From Eledone cirrhosa (taxonomy: Eukaryota): a stretch of 64,000 bases of DNA. The stretch lies in NCBI GenBank assembly GCA_964016885.1, contig OZ024743.1, positions 95,914,001-95,978,000 of the forward strand, given 5' to 3'. Within the stretch, counting starts at the first letter, position 1, and every line of letters begins with the position of its first letter. Below the pieces are notes generated by a model. That model did not search any database. It was not told where the DNA came from and saw only the letters and a program-made list of their open reading frames with translations. Below are positions 25,250 to 38,099 of the stretch, piece after piece. The position numbers and the translations under genes were made by a program.

Positions 25250-28200
25250 GTAGGAAGAGATAGAGAAGGAAGGTATAGAAAGGCGTAGGAAGAGATAGAG
25301 AAGGAAGGAATAGAAAGGCGTAGGAAGAGATAGAGAAGGAGGAATAGAAAGGCGTAGGAAGAGATAGAGAAGGAAGGAATAGAAAGGCGTAGGAAGAGAT
25401 AGAGAAGGAAGTAATAGAACTGCCTAGGAAGAGATAGAGAAGGAAGGAATAGGAAAACGTAGGAAGAGATATAGAAGGAAGGAATGGAAAGGCATAGGAA
25501 GAGATAGAGAAGGAAGGAATAGAAAGGCGTAGGAAGAGATAGAGAAGCAAGGAATGGAAAGGCGTAGGAAGAGATTGAGAAGGAAGGAATGGAAAGGCAT
25601 AGGAAGAGATAGAGAAGGGAGGAATGGAAAGGCGTAGGAAGTGATAGAGAAGGAAGGAATAGAAAGGCGTAGGAAGAGATATAGAAGGAATGAATGAAAG
25701 GCGTAGGAAGAGATAGAGAAGGAAGGAATAGAAAGGCGTAGGAAGAGATAGAGAAGCAAGGAATGGAAAGGCATAGGAAGAGATAGAGAAGGAAGGAATG
25801 GAAAGGCATAGGAAGAGATAGAGAAGGAAGGAATGGAAAGGCTTAGGAAGAGATAGAGAAGGAAGGAATAGAAAGGTGTAGGAAGAGATGGAGAAGGAGG
25901 AATAGAAAGGCGTAGGAAGAGATAGTGAAGGAAGGAATGGAAAGGTGTAGGAAGAGTTAGAGAAGGAAGGAATGGAAAGGCGTAGGAAAAGATAGAGAAG
26001 GAAGGAATAGAAAGGCGTAGGAAGAGATAGAGAAGGAAGTAATAGAAAGGCGTAGGAAGAGATAGAGAAGGAAAGAATAGAACAGCGTAGGAAGAGATAG
26101 AGAAGGAAGGAATAGAAAGGCGTAGGAAGAGATAGAGAAGGAAGGAATAGAAATGTGTAGGAAGAGATAGAGAAGGAAGGAATGGAAAGGCGTAGGAAGA
26201 GATAGAAAAGGAAGGAATGGAAAGGTGTAGGAAGAGATAGAGAAGGAAGGAATGGAAAGGCGTAGGAAGAGATAGAAAAGGAAGGAATGGAAAGGCTGAG
26301 GAAGAGATAGAGAAGGAGGAATAGAAAGGCGTAGGAAGAGATAGAGAAGGAGGAATAGAAAGGCGTAGGAAGAGATAGAGAAGGAAGGAATAGAAAGGTG
26401 TAGGAAGAAATAGAGAAGGAATGAATGGAAAGGCGTAGGAAGATATAGAGAAGGAAGGAATGGAAAGGCGTAGGAAGAGATAGAGAAGGAGGAATAGAAA
26501 GGCGTAGGAAGAGATAGAGAAGGAAGGAATGGAAAGGTATAGGAAGAGTTAGAGAAGGAAGGAATGGAAAGGCGTAGGAAAAGATAGAGAAGGAAGGAAT
26601 AGAAAGGCGTAGGAAGAGATAGAGAAGGAAGTAATAGAAAGGCGTAGGAAGAGATAGAGAAGGAAAGAATAGAACAGCGTAGGAAGAGTTAGAGAAGGAA
26701 GGAATAGAAAGGCGTAGGAAGAGATAGAGAAGGAAGGAATAGAAAGGTGTAGGAAGAGATAGAGAAGGAAGGAATGGAAAGGCGTAGGAAGAGATAGAAA
26801 AGGAAGGAATGGAAAGGTGTAGGAAGAGATAGAGAAGGAAGGAATGGAAAGGCTTAGGAAGAGATAGAGAAGGAAGGAATAGAAAGGTGTAGGAAGAGAT
26901 AGAGAAGGAAGGTATAGAAAGGCGTAGGAAGAGATAGAGAAGGAAGGAATAGAAAGGCGTAGGAAGAGATAGAGAAGGAGGAATAGAAAGGCGTAGGAAG
27001 AGATAGAGAAGGAAGGAATAGAAAGGCGTAGGAAGAGATAGAGAAGGAGGAATAGAAAGGCGTAGGAAGAGATAGAGAAGGAAGGAATAGAAAGGCGTAG
27101 GAAGAGATAGAGAAGGAAGTAATAGAACTGCCTAGGAAGAGATAGAGAAGGAAGGAATAGGAAAACGTAGGAAGAGATATAGAAGGAAGGAATGGAAAGG
27201 CATAGGAAGAGATAGAGAAGGAAGGAATAGAAAGGCGTAGGAAGAGATAGAGAAGCAAGGAATGGAAAGGCGTAGGAAGAGATTGAGAAGGAAGGAATGG
27301 AAAGGCATAGGAAGAGATAGAGAAGGAAGGAATGGAAAGGCGTAGGAAGTGATAGAGAAGGAAGGAATAGAAAGGCGTAGGAAGAGATATAGAAGGAATG
27401 AATGAAAGGCGTAGGAAGAGATAGAGAAGGAAGGAATAGAAAGGCGTAGGAAGAGATAGAGAAGCAAGGAATGGAAAGGCATAGGAAGAGATAGAGAAGG
27501 AAGGAATGGAAAGGCATAGGAAGAGATAGAGAAGGAAGGAATGGAAAGGCTTAGGAAGAGATAGAGAAGGAAGGAATAGAAAGGTGTAGGAAGAGATGGA
27601 GAAGGAGGAATAGAAAGGCGTAGGAAGAGATAGTGAAGGAAGGAATGGAAAGGTGTAGGAAGAGTTAGAGAAGGAAGGAATGGAAAGGCGTAGGAAAAGA
27701 TAGAGAAGGAAGGAATAGAAAGGCGTAGGAAGAGATAGAGAAGGAAGTAATAGAAAGGCGTAGGAAGAGATAGAGAAGGAAAGAATAGAACAGCGTAGGA
27801 AGAGATAGAGAAGGAAGGAATAGAAAGGCGTAGGAAGAGATAGAGAAGGAAGGAATAGAAATGTGTAGGAAGAGATAGAGAAGGAAGGAATGGAAAGGCG
27901 TAGGAAGAGATAGAAAAGGAAGGAATGGAAAGGTGTAGGAAGAGATAGAGAAGGAAGGAATGGAAAGGCGTAGGAAGAGATAGAAAAGGAAGGAATGGAA
28001 AGGCTGAGGAAGAGATAGAGAAGGAGGAATAGAAAGGCGTAGGAAGAGATAGAGAAGGAGGAATAGAAAGGCGTAGGAAGAGATAGAGAAGGAAGGAATA
28101 GAAAGGTGTAGGAAGAAATAGAGAAGGAATGAATGGAAAGGCGTAGGAAGATATAGAGAAGGAAGGAATGGAAAGGCGTAGGAAGAGATAGAGAAGGAGG

Positions 28201-28340
28201 AATAGAAAGGCGTAGGAAGAGATAGAGAAGGAAGGAATGGAAAGGTATAGGAAGAGTTAGAGAAGGAAGGAATGGAAAGGCGTAGGAAAAGATAGAGAAG
28301 GAAGGAATAGAAAGGCGTAGGAAGAGATAGAGAAGGAAAG
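25250..28340. repeat. 1708-bp higher-order repeat (about 49 monomers), two copies
   Basis: Four marker pairs are offset by 1708 bp: ACTGCC at 25419/27127, GAGATGGAG at 25885/27593, GGCTGAGG at 26294/28002, and identical ORFs 25424..25774/27132..27482. Confidence 0.88.
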
Positions 28341-29399
28341 AATAGAACAGCGTAGGAAGAGTTAGAGAAGGAAGGAATAGAAAGGCGTAGGAAGAGATAG
28401 AGAAGGAAGGTATAGAAAGGCGTAGGAAGAGATAGAGAAGGAAGGAATAGAAAGGCGTAGGAAGAGATAGAGAAGGAGGAATAGAAAGGCGTAGGAAGAG
28501 ATAGAAAAGGAAGGAATAGAAAGGTGTAGGAAGAGATAGAGAAGGAAGGTATAGAAAGGCGTAGGAAGAGATAGAGAAGGAAGGAATAGAAAGGCGTAGG
28601 AAGAGATAGAGAAGGAGGAATAGAAAGGCGTAGGAAGAGATAGAAAAGGAAGGAATAGAAAGGTGTAGGAAGAGATAGAGAAGGAAGGTATAGAAAGGCG
28701 TAGGAAGAGATAGAGAAGGAAGGAATAGAAAGGCGTAGGAAGAGATAGAGAAGGAGGAATAGAAAGGCGTAGGAAGAGATAGAGAAGGAGGAATAGAAAG
28801 GCGTAGGAAGAGATAGAGAAGGAAGGAATAGAAAGGTGTAGGAAGAAATAGAGAAGGAATGAATGGAAAGGCGTAGGAAGAGATAGAGAATGAAGGAATG
28901 GAAAGGCGTAGGAAGAGATAGAGAAGGAGGAATAGAAAGGCGTAGGAAGAGATAGAGAAGGAAGGAATGGAAAGGTATAGGAAGAGTTAGAGAAGGAAGG
29001 AATGGAAAGGCGTAGGAAAAGATAGAGAAGGAAGGAATAGAAAGGCGTAGGAAGAGATAGAGAAGGAAGTAATAGAAAGGCGTAGGAAGAGATAGAGAAG
29101 GAAAGAATAGAACAGCGTAGGAAGAGATAGAGAAGGAAGGAATAGAAAGGCGTAGGAAGAGATAGAGAAGGAAGGAATAGAAAGGTGTAGGAAGAGATAG
29201 AAAAGGAAGGAATGGAAAGGTGTAGGAAGAGATATAGAAGGAATGAATGGAAAGGCATAGGAAGAGATAGAGAAGGAAGGAATAGAAAGGCGTAGGAAGA
29301 GATAGAGAAGCAAGGAATGGAAAGGCGTAGGAAGAGATTGAGAAGGAAGGAATGGAAAGGCATAGGAAGAGATAGAGAAGGAAGGAATGGAAAGGCGTA

Positions 29400-32300
29400 G
29401 GAAGTGATATAGAAGGAATGAATGGAAAGGCGTAGGAAGAGATAGAGAAGGAAGGAATAGAAAGGCGTAGGAAGAGATAGAGAAGCAAGGAATGGAAAGG
29501 CGTAGGAAGAGATAGAGAAGGAAGGAATGGAAAGGCATAGGAAGAGATAGAGAAGGAAGGAATGGAAAGGCTTAGGAAGAGATAGAGAAGGAAGGAATAG
29601 AAAGGTGTAGGAAGAGATAGAGAAGGAGGAATAGAAAGGCGTAGGAAGAGATAGTGAAGGAAGGAATGGAAAGTTGTAGGAAGAGTTAGAGAAGGAAGGA
29701 ATGGAAAGGCGTAGGAAAAGATAGAGAAGGAAGGAATAGAAAGGCGTAGGAAGAGATAGAGAAGGAAGTAATAGAAAGGCGTAGGAAGAGATAGAGAAGG
29801 AAAGAATAGAACAGCGTAGGAAGAGATAGAGAAGGAAGGAATAGAAATGTGTAGGAAGAGATAGAGAAGGAAGGAATGGAAAGGCGTAGGAAGAGATAGA
29901 AAAGGAAGGAATGGAAAGGTGTAGGAAGAGATAGAGAAGGAAGGAATGGAAAGGCGTAGGAAGAGATAGAAAAGGAAGGAATGGAAAGGCTTAGGAAGAG
30001 ATAGAGAAGGAAGGAATAGAAAGGTGTAGGAAGAGATAGAGAAGGAAGGTATAGAAAGGCGTAGGAAGAGATAGAGAAGGAAGGAATAGAAAGGCGTAGG
30101 AAGAGATAGAAAAGGAAGGAATAGAAAGGTGTAGGAAGAGATAGAGAAGGAAGGTATAGAAAGGCGTAGGAAGAGATAGAAAAGGAAGGAATAGAAAGGC
30201 GTAGGAAGAGATAGAGAAGGAAGGAATAGAAAGGCGTAGGAAGAGATAGAGAAGGAGGAATAGAAAGGCGTAGGAAGAGATAGAGAAGGAAGGAATAGAA
30301 AGGTGTAGGAAGAAATAGAGAACGAATGAATGGAAAGGCGTAGGAAGAGATAGAGAAGGAAGGAATGGAAAGGCGTAGGAAGAGATAGAGAAGGAGGAAT
30401 AGAAAGGCGTAGGAAGAGATAGAGAAGGAAGGAATGGAAAGGTATAGGAAGAGTTAGAGAAGGAAGGAATGGAAAGGCGTAGGAAAAGATAGAGAAGGAA
30501 GGAATAGAAAGGCGTAGGAAGAGATAGAGAAGGAAGTAATAGAAAGGCGTAGGAAGAGATAGAGAAGGAAAGAATAGAACAGCGTAGGAAGAGATAGAGA
30601 AGGAAGGAATAGAAAGGCGTAGGAAGAGATAGAGAAGGAAGGAATAGAAAGGTGTAGGAAGAGATATAGAAGGAAGGAATGGAAAGGCGTAGGAAGAGAT
30701 AGAAAAGGAAGGAATGGAAAGGTGTAGGAAGAGATAGAGAAGGAAGGAATGGAAAGGCTTAGGAAGAGATAGAGAAGGAAGGAATAGAAAGGTGTAGGAA
30801 GAGATAGAGAAGGAAGGTATAGAAAGGCGTAGGAAGAGATAGAGAAGGAAGGAATAGAAAGGCGTAGGAAGAGATAGAGAAGGAGGAATAGAAAGGCGTA
30901 GGAAGAGATAGAGAAGGAAGGAATGGAAAGGCGTAGGAAGAGAGAGAGAAGGAAGGAATGGAAAGGCGTAGGAAGAGATAGAGAAGGAAGGTATAGAAAG
31001 GCGTAGGAAGAGATAGAGAAGGAAGGAATAGAAAGGCGTAGGAAGAGATAGAAAAGGAAGGAATGGAAAGGTGTAGGAAGAGATATAGAAGGAATGAATG
31101 GAAAGGCATAGGAAGAGATAGAGAAGGAAGGAATAGAAAGGCGTAGGAAGAGATAGAGAATGAAGGAATGGAAAGGCGTAGGAAGAGATAGAGAAGGAGG
31201 AATAGAAAGGCGTAGGAAGAGATAGAGAAGGAAGGAATGGAAAGGTATAGGAAGAGTTAGAGAAGGAAGGAATGGAAAGGCGTAGGAAAAGATAGAGAAG
31301 GAAGGAATAGAAAGGCGTAGGAAGAGATAGAGAAGGAAGTAATAGAAAGGCGTAGGAAGAGATAGAGAAGGAAAGAATAGAACAGCGTAGGAAGAGATAG
31401 AGAAGGAAGGAATAGAAAGGCGTAGGAAGAGATAGAGAAGGAAGGAATAGAAAGGTGTAGGAAGAGATAGAAAAGGAAGGAATGGAAAGGTGTAGGAAGA
31501 GATATAGAAGGAATGAATGGAAAGGCATAGGAAGAGATAGAGAAGGAAGGAATAGAAAGGCGTAGGAAGAGATAGAGAAGCAAGGAATGGAAAGGCGTAG
31601 GAAGAGATTGAGAAGGAAGGAATGGAAAGGCGTAGGAAGTGATAGAGAAGGAAGGAATAGAAAGGCGTAGGAAGAGATATAGAAGGAATGAATGGAAAGG
31701 CGTAGGAAGAGATAGAGAAGGAAGGAATAGAAAGGCGTAGGAAGAGATAGAGAAGCAAGGAATGGAAAGGCGTAGGAAGAGATAGAGAAGGAAGGAATGG
31801 AAAGGCATAGGAAGAGATAGAGAAGGAAGGAATGGAAAGGCTTAGGAAGAGATAGAGAAGGAAGGAATAGAAAGGTGTAGGAAGAGATAGAGAAGGAGGA
31901 ATAGAAAGGCGTAGGAAGAGATAGTGAAGGAAGGAATGGAAAGTTGTAGGAAGAGTTAGAGAAGGAAGGAATGGAAAGGCGTAGGAAAAGATAGAGAAGG
32001 AAGGAATAGAAAGGCGTAGGAAGAGATAGAGAAGGAAGTAATAGAAAGGCGTAGGAAGAGATAGAGAAGGAAAGAATAGAACAGCGTAGGAAGAGATAGA
32101 GAAGGAAGGAATAGAAAGGCGTAGGAAGAGATAGAGAAGGAAGGAATAGAAATGTGTAGGAAGAGATAGAGAAGGAAGGAATGGAAAGGCGGAGGAAGAG
32201 ATAGAAAAGGAAGGAATGGAAAGGTGTAGGAAGAGATAGAGAAGGAAGGAATGGAAAGGCTTAGGAAGAGATAGAGAAGGAAGGAATAGAAAGGTGTAGG

Positions 32301-35300
32301 AAGAGATAGAGAAGGAAGGTATAGAAAGGCGTAGGAAGAGATAGAGAAGGAAGGAATAGAAAGGCGTAGGAAGAGATAGAGAAGGAGGAATAGAAAGGCG
32401 TAGGAAGAGATAGAGAAGGAGGAATAGAAAGGCGTAGGAAGAGATAGAGAAGGAAGGAATGGAAAGGCGTAGGAAGAGAGTGAGAAGGAAGGAATGGAAA
32501 GGCGTAGGAAGAGATAGAGAAGGAAGGTATAGAAAGGCGTAGGAAGAGATAGAGAAGGAAGGAATAGAAAGGCGTAGGAAGAGATAGAGAAGGAGGAATA
32601 GAAAGGCGTAGGAAGAGATAGAAAAGGAAGGAATAGAAAGGTGTAGGAAGAGATAGAGAAGGAAGGTATAGAAAGGCGTAGGAAGAGATAGAGAAGGAAG
32701 GAATAGAAAGGCGTAGGAAGAGATAGAGAAGGAGGAATAGAAAGGCGTAGGAAGAGATAGAGAAGGAGGAATAGAAAGGCGTAGGAAGAGATAGAGAAGG
32801 AAGGAATAGAAAGGTGTAGGAAGAAATAGAGAAGGAATGAATGGAAAGGCGTAGGAAGAGATAGAGAAGGAAGGAATGGAAAGGCGTAGGAAAAGATAGA
32901 GAAGGAAGGAATAGAAAGGCGTAGGAAGAGATAGAGAAGGAAGTAATAGAAAGGCGTAGGAAGAGATAGAGAAGGAAAGAATAGAACAGCGTAGGAAGAG
33001 ATAGAGAAGGAAGGAATAGAAAGGCGTAGGAAGAGATAGAGAAGGAAGGAATAGAAAGGTGTAGGAAGAGATAGAGAAGGAAGGAATGGAAAGGCGTAGG
33101 AAGAGATAGAAAAGGAAGGAATGGAAAGGTGTAGGAAGAGATATAGAAGGAATGAATGGAAAGGCATAGGAAGAGATAGAGAAGGAAGGAATAGAAAGGC
33201 GTAGGAAGAGATAGAGAAGCAAGGAATGGAAAGGCGTAGGAAGAGATTGAGAAGGAAGGAATGGAAAGGCATAGGAAGAGATAGAGAAGGAAGGAATGGA
33301 AAGGCGTAGGAAGTGATAGAGAAGGAAGGAATAGAAAGGCGTAGGAAGAGATATAGAAGGAATGAATGGAAAGGCGTAGGAAGAGATAGAGAAGGAAGGA
33401 ATAGAAAGGCGTAGGAAGAGATAGAGAAGCAAGGAATGGAAAGGCGTAGGAAGAGATAGAGAAGGAAGGAATGGAAAGGCATAGGAAGAGATAGAGAAGG
33501 AAGGAATGGAAAGGCTTAGGAAGAGATAGAGAAGGAAGGAATAGAAAGGTGTAGGAAGAGATAGAGAAGGAGGAATAGAAAGGCGTAGGAAGAGATAGTG
33601 AAGGAAGGAATGGAAAGTTGTAGGAAGAGTTAGAGAAGGAAGGAATGGAAAGGCGTAGGAAAAGATAGAGAAGGAAGGAATAGAAAGGCGTAGGAAGAGA
33701 TAGAGAAGGAAGTAATAGAAAGGCGTAGGAAGAGATAGAGAAGGAAAGAATAGAACAGCGTAGGAAGAGATAGAGAAGGAAGGAATAGAAAGGCGTAGGA
33801 AGAGATAGAGAAGGAAGGAATAGAAATGTGTAGGAAGAGATAGAGAAGGAAGGAATGGAAAGGCGTAGGAAGAGATAGAAAAGGAAGGAATGGAAAGGTG
33901 TAGGAAGAGATAGAGAAGGAAGGAATGGAAAGGCGTAGGAAGAGATAGAAAAGGAAGGAATGGAAAGGCTTAGGAAGAGATAGAGAAGGAAGGAATAGAA
34001 AGGTGTAGGAAGAGATAGAGAAGGAAGGTATAGAAAGGCGTAGGAAGAGATAGAGAAGGAAGGAATAGAAAGGCGTAGGAAGAGATAGAAAAGGAAGGAA
34101 TAGAAAGGTGTAGGAAGAGATAGAGAAGGAAGGTATAGAAAGGCGTAGGAAGAGATAGAAAAGGAAGGAATAGAAAGGCGTAGGAAGAGATAGAGAAGGA
34201 AGGAATAGAAAGGCGTAGGAAGAGATAGAGAAGGAGGAATAGAAAGGCGTAGGAAGAGATAGAGAAGGAAGGAATAGAAAGGTGTAGGAAGAAATAGAGA
34301 ACGAATGAATGGAAAGGCGTAGGAAGAGATAGAGAAGGAAGGAATGGAAAGGCGTAGGAAGAGATAGAGAAGGAGGAATAGAAAGGCGTAGGAAGAGATA
34401 GAGAAGGAAGGAATGGAAAGGTATAGGAAGAGTTAGAGAAGGAAGGAATGGAAAGGCGTAGGAAAAGATAGAGAAGGAAGGAATAGAAAGGCGTAGGAAG
34501 AGATAGAGAAGGAAGTAATAGAAAGGCGTAGGAAGAGATAGAGAAGGAAAGAATAGAACAGCGTAGGAAGAGATAGAGAAGGAAGGAATAGAAAGGCGTA
34601 GGAAGAGATAGAGAAGGAAGGAATAGAAAGGTGTAGGAAGAGATATAGAAGGAAGGAATGGAAAGGCGTAGGAAGAGATAGAAAAGGAAGGAATGGAAAG
34701 GTGTAGGAAGAGATAGAGAAGGAAGGAATGGAAAGGCTTAGGAAGAGATAGAGAAGGAAGGAATAGAAAGGTGTAGGAAGAGATAGAGAAGGAAGGTATA
34801 GAAAGGCGTAGGAAGAGATAGAGAAGGAAGGAATAGAAAGGCGTAGGAAGAGATAGAGAAGGAGGAATAGAAAGGCGTAGGAAGAGATAGAGAAGGAAGG
34901 AATGGAAAGGCGTAGGAAGAGAGAGAGAAGGAAGGAATGGAAAGGCGTAGGAAGAGATAGAGAAGGAAGGTATAGAAAGGCGTAGGAAGAGATAGAGAAG
35001 GAAGGAATAGAAAGGCGTAGGAAGAGATAGAAAAGGAAGGAATGGAAAGGTGTAGGAAGAGATATAGAAGGAATGAATGGAAAGGCATAGGAAGAGATAG
35101 AGAAGGAAGGAATAGAAAGGCGTAGGAAGAGATAGAGAATGAAGGAATGGAAAGGCGTAGGAAGAGATAGAGAAGGAGGAATAGAAAGGCGTAGGAAGAG
35201 ATAGAGAAGGAAGGAATGGAAAGGTATAGGAAGAGTTAGAGAAGGAAGGAATGGAAAGGCGTAGGAAAAGATAGAGAAGGAAGGAATAGAAAGGCGTAGG

Positions 35301-36250
35301 AAGAGATAGAGAAGGAAGTAATAGAAAGGCGTAGGAAGAGATAGAGAAGGAAAGAATAGAACAGCGTAGGAAGAGATAGAGAAGGAAGGAATAGAAAGGC
35401 GTAGGAAGAGATAGAGAAGGAAGGAATAGAAAGGTGTAGGAAGAGATAGAGAAGGAAGGAATGGAAAGGCGTAGGAAGAGATAGAAAAGGAAGGAATGGA
35501 AAGGTGTAGGAAGAGATATAGAAGGAATGAATGGAAAGGCATAGGAAGAGATAGAGAAGGAAGGAATAGAAAGGCGTAGGAAGAGATAGAGAAGCAAGGA
35601 ATGGAAAGGCGTAGGAAGAGATTGAGAAGGAAGGAATGGAAAGGCGTAGGAAGTGATAGAGAAGGAAGGAATAGAAAGGCGTAGGAAGAGATATAGAAGG
35701 AATGAATGGAAAGGCGTAGGAAGAGATAGAGAAGGAAGGAATAGAAAGGCGTAGGAAGAGATAGAGAAGCAAGGAATGGAAAGGCGTAGGAAGAGATAGA
35801 GAAGGAAGGAATGGAAAGGCATAGGAAGAGATAGAGAAGGAAGGAATGGAAAGGCTTAGGAAGAGATAGAGAAGGAAGGAATAGAAAGGTGTAGGAAGAG
35901 ATAGAGAAGGAGGAATAGAAAGGCGTAGGAAGAGATAGTGAAGGAAGGAATGGAAAGTTGTAGGAAGAGTTAGAGAAGGAAGGAATGGAAAGGCGTAGGA
36001 AAAGATAGAGAAGGAAGGAATAGAAAGGCGTAGGAAGAGATAGAGAAGGAAGTAATAGAAAGGCGTAGGAAGAGATAGAGAAGGAAAGAATAGAACAGCG
36101 TAGGAAGAGATAGAGAAGGAAGGAATAGAAAGGCGTAGGAAGAGATAGAGAAGGAAGGAATAGAAATGTGTAGGAAGAGATAGAGAAGGAAGGAATGGAA
36201 AGGCGGAGGAAGAGATAGAAAAGGAAGGAATGGAAAGGTGTAGGAAGAGA
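29400..36250. repeat. ~3.94-4.01 kb higher-order duplication
   Basis: Marker offsets are AAGTTG at 29671/33615 (3944) and 31941/35955 (4014), AACGAATG at 30321/34300 (3979), GGCGGAGG at 32188/36202 (4014), and ORFs 30759..31109/34738..35088 (3979). The offset rises in 35-bp steps, consistent with single-monomer indels. Confidence 0.85.
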
Positions 36251-38099
36251 TAGAGAAGGAAGGAATGGAAAGGCGTAGGAAGAGATAGAAAAGGAAGGAA
36301 TGGAAAGGCTTAGGAAGAGATAGAGAAGGAAGGAATAGAAAGGTGTAGGAAGAGATAGAGAAGGAAGGTATAGAAAGGCGTAGGAAGAGATAGAGAAGGA
36401 AGGAATAGAAAGGCGTAGGAAGAGATAGAAAAGGAAGGAATAGAAAGGTGTAGGAAGAGATAGAGAAGGAAGGTATAGAAAGGCGTAGGAAGAGATAGAA
36501 AAGGAAGGAATAGAAAGGCGTAGGAAGAGATAGAGAAGGAAGGAATAGAAAGGCGTAGGAAGAGATAGAGAAGGAGGAATAGAAAGGCGTAGGAAGAGAT
36601 AGAGAAGGAAGGAATAGAAAGGTGTAGGAAGAAATAGAGAAGGAATGAATGGAAAGGCGTAGGAAGAGATAGAGAAGGAAGAAATGGAAAGGCGTAGGAA
36701 GAGATAGAGAAGGAGGAATAGAAAGGCGTAGGAAGAGATAGAGAAGGAAGGAATGGAAAGGTATAGGAAGAGTTAGAGAAGGAAGGAATGGAAAGGCGTA
36801 GGAAAAGATAGAGAAGGAAGGAATAGAAAGGCCTAGGAAGAGATAGAGAAGGAAGTAATAGAAAGGCGTAGGAAGAGATAGAGAAGGAAAGAAGAGAACA
36901 GCGTAGGAAGAGATAGAGAAGGAAGGAATAGAAAGGCGTAGGAAGAGATAGAGAAGGAAGGAATAGAAAGGTGTAGGAAGAGATAGAGAAGGAAGGAATA
37001 GAAAGGCGTAGGAAGAGATAGAGAAGGAAGGAATAGAAAGGCGTAGGAAGAGATAGAGAAGGAAGGAATAGAAAGGTGTAGGAAGAGATAGAGAAGGAAG
37101 GAATAGAAAGGCGTAGGAAGAGATAGAGAAGGAAGGAATGGAAAGGCGTAGGAAGTGATAGAAAAGGAAGGAATGGAAAGGTGTAGGAAGAGATAGAGAA
37201 GGAAGGAATGGAAAGGCTTAGGAAGAGATAGAGAAGGAAGGAATAGAAAGGTGTAGGAAGAGATAGAGAAGGAAGGTATAGAAAGGCGTAGGAAGAGATA
37301 GAGAAGGAAGGAATAGAAAGGCGTAGGAATATATAGAGAAGGAGGAATAGAAAGGCGTAGGAAGAGATAGAGAAGGAGGAATAGAAAGGCGTAGGAAGAG
37401 ATAGAGAAGGAAGGAATGGAAAGGCGTAGGAAGAGAGAGAGAAGGAAGGAATGGAAAGGCGTAGGAAGAGATAGAGAAGGAAGGTATAGAAAGGCGTAGG
37501 AAGAGATAGAGAAGGAAGGAATAGAAAGGCGTAGGAATAGATAGAGAAGGAGGAATAGAAAGGCGTAGGAAGAGATAGAGAAGGAAGGAATAGAAAGGCG
37601 TAGGAAGAGATAGAGAAGGAAGTAATAGAACTGCCTAGGAAGAGATAGAGAAGGAAGGAATAGGAAAACGTAGGAAGAGATATAGAAGGAATGAATGGAA
37701 AGGCATAGGAAGAGATAGAGAAGGAAGATATAGAAAGGCGTAGGAAGAGATAGAGAACCAAGGAATGGAAAGGCGTAGGAAGAGATAGAGAAGGAAGGAT
37801 GGAAAGGCATAGGAAGAGATAGAGAAGGAAGGAATGGAAAGGCTTAGGAAGAGATAGAGAAGGAAGGAATAGAAAGGTGTAGGAAGAGATAGAGAAGGAG
37901 GAATAGAAAGGCGTAGGAAGAGATAGTGAAGGAAGGAATGGAAAGGTGTAGGAAGAGATAGAGAAGGAAAGAATAGAACAGCGTAGGAAGAGATAGAGAA
38001 GGAAAGAATAGAACAGCGTAGGAAGAGATAGAGAAGGAAGGAATAGAAAGGCGTAGGAAGAGATAGAGAAGGAAAGAATAGAACAGCGTAGGAAGAGAT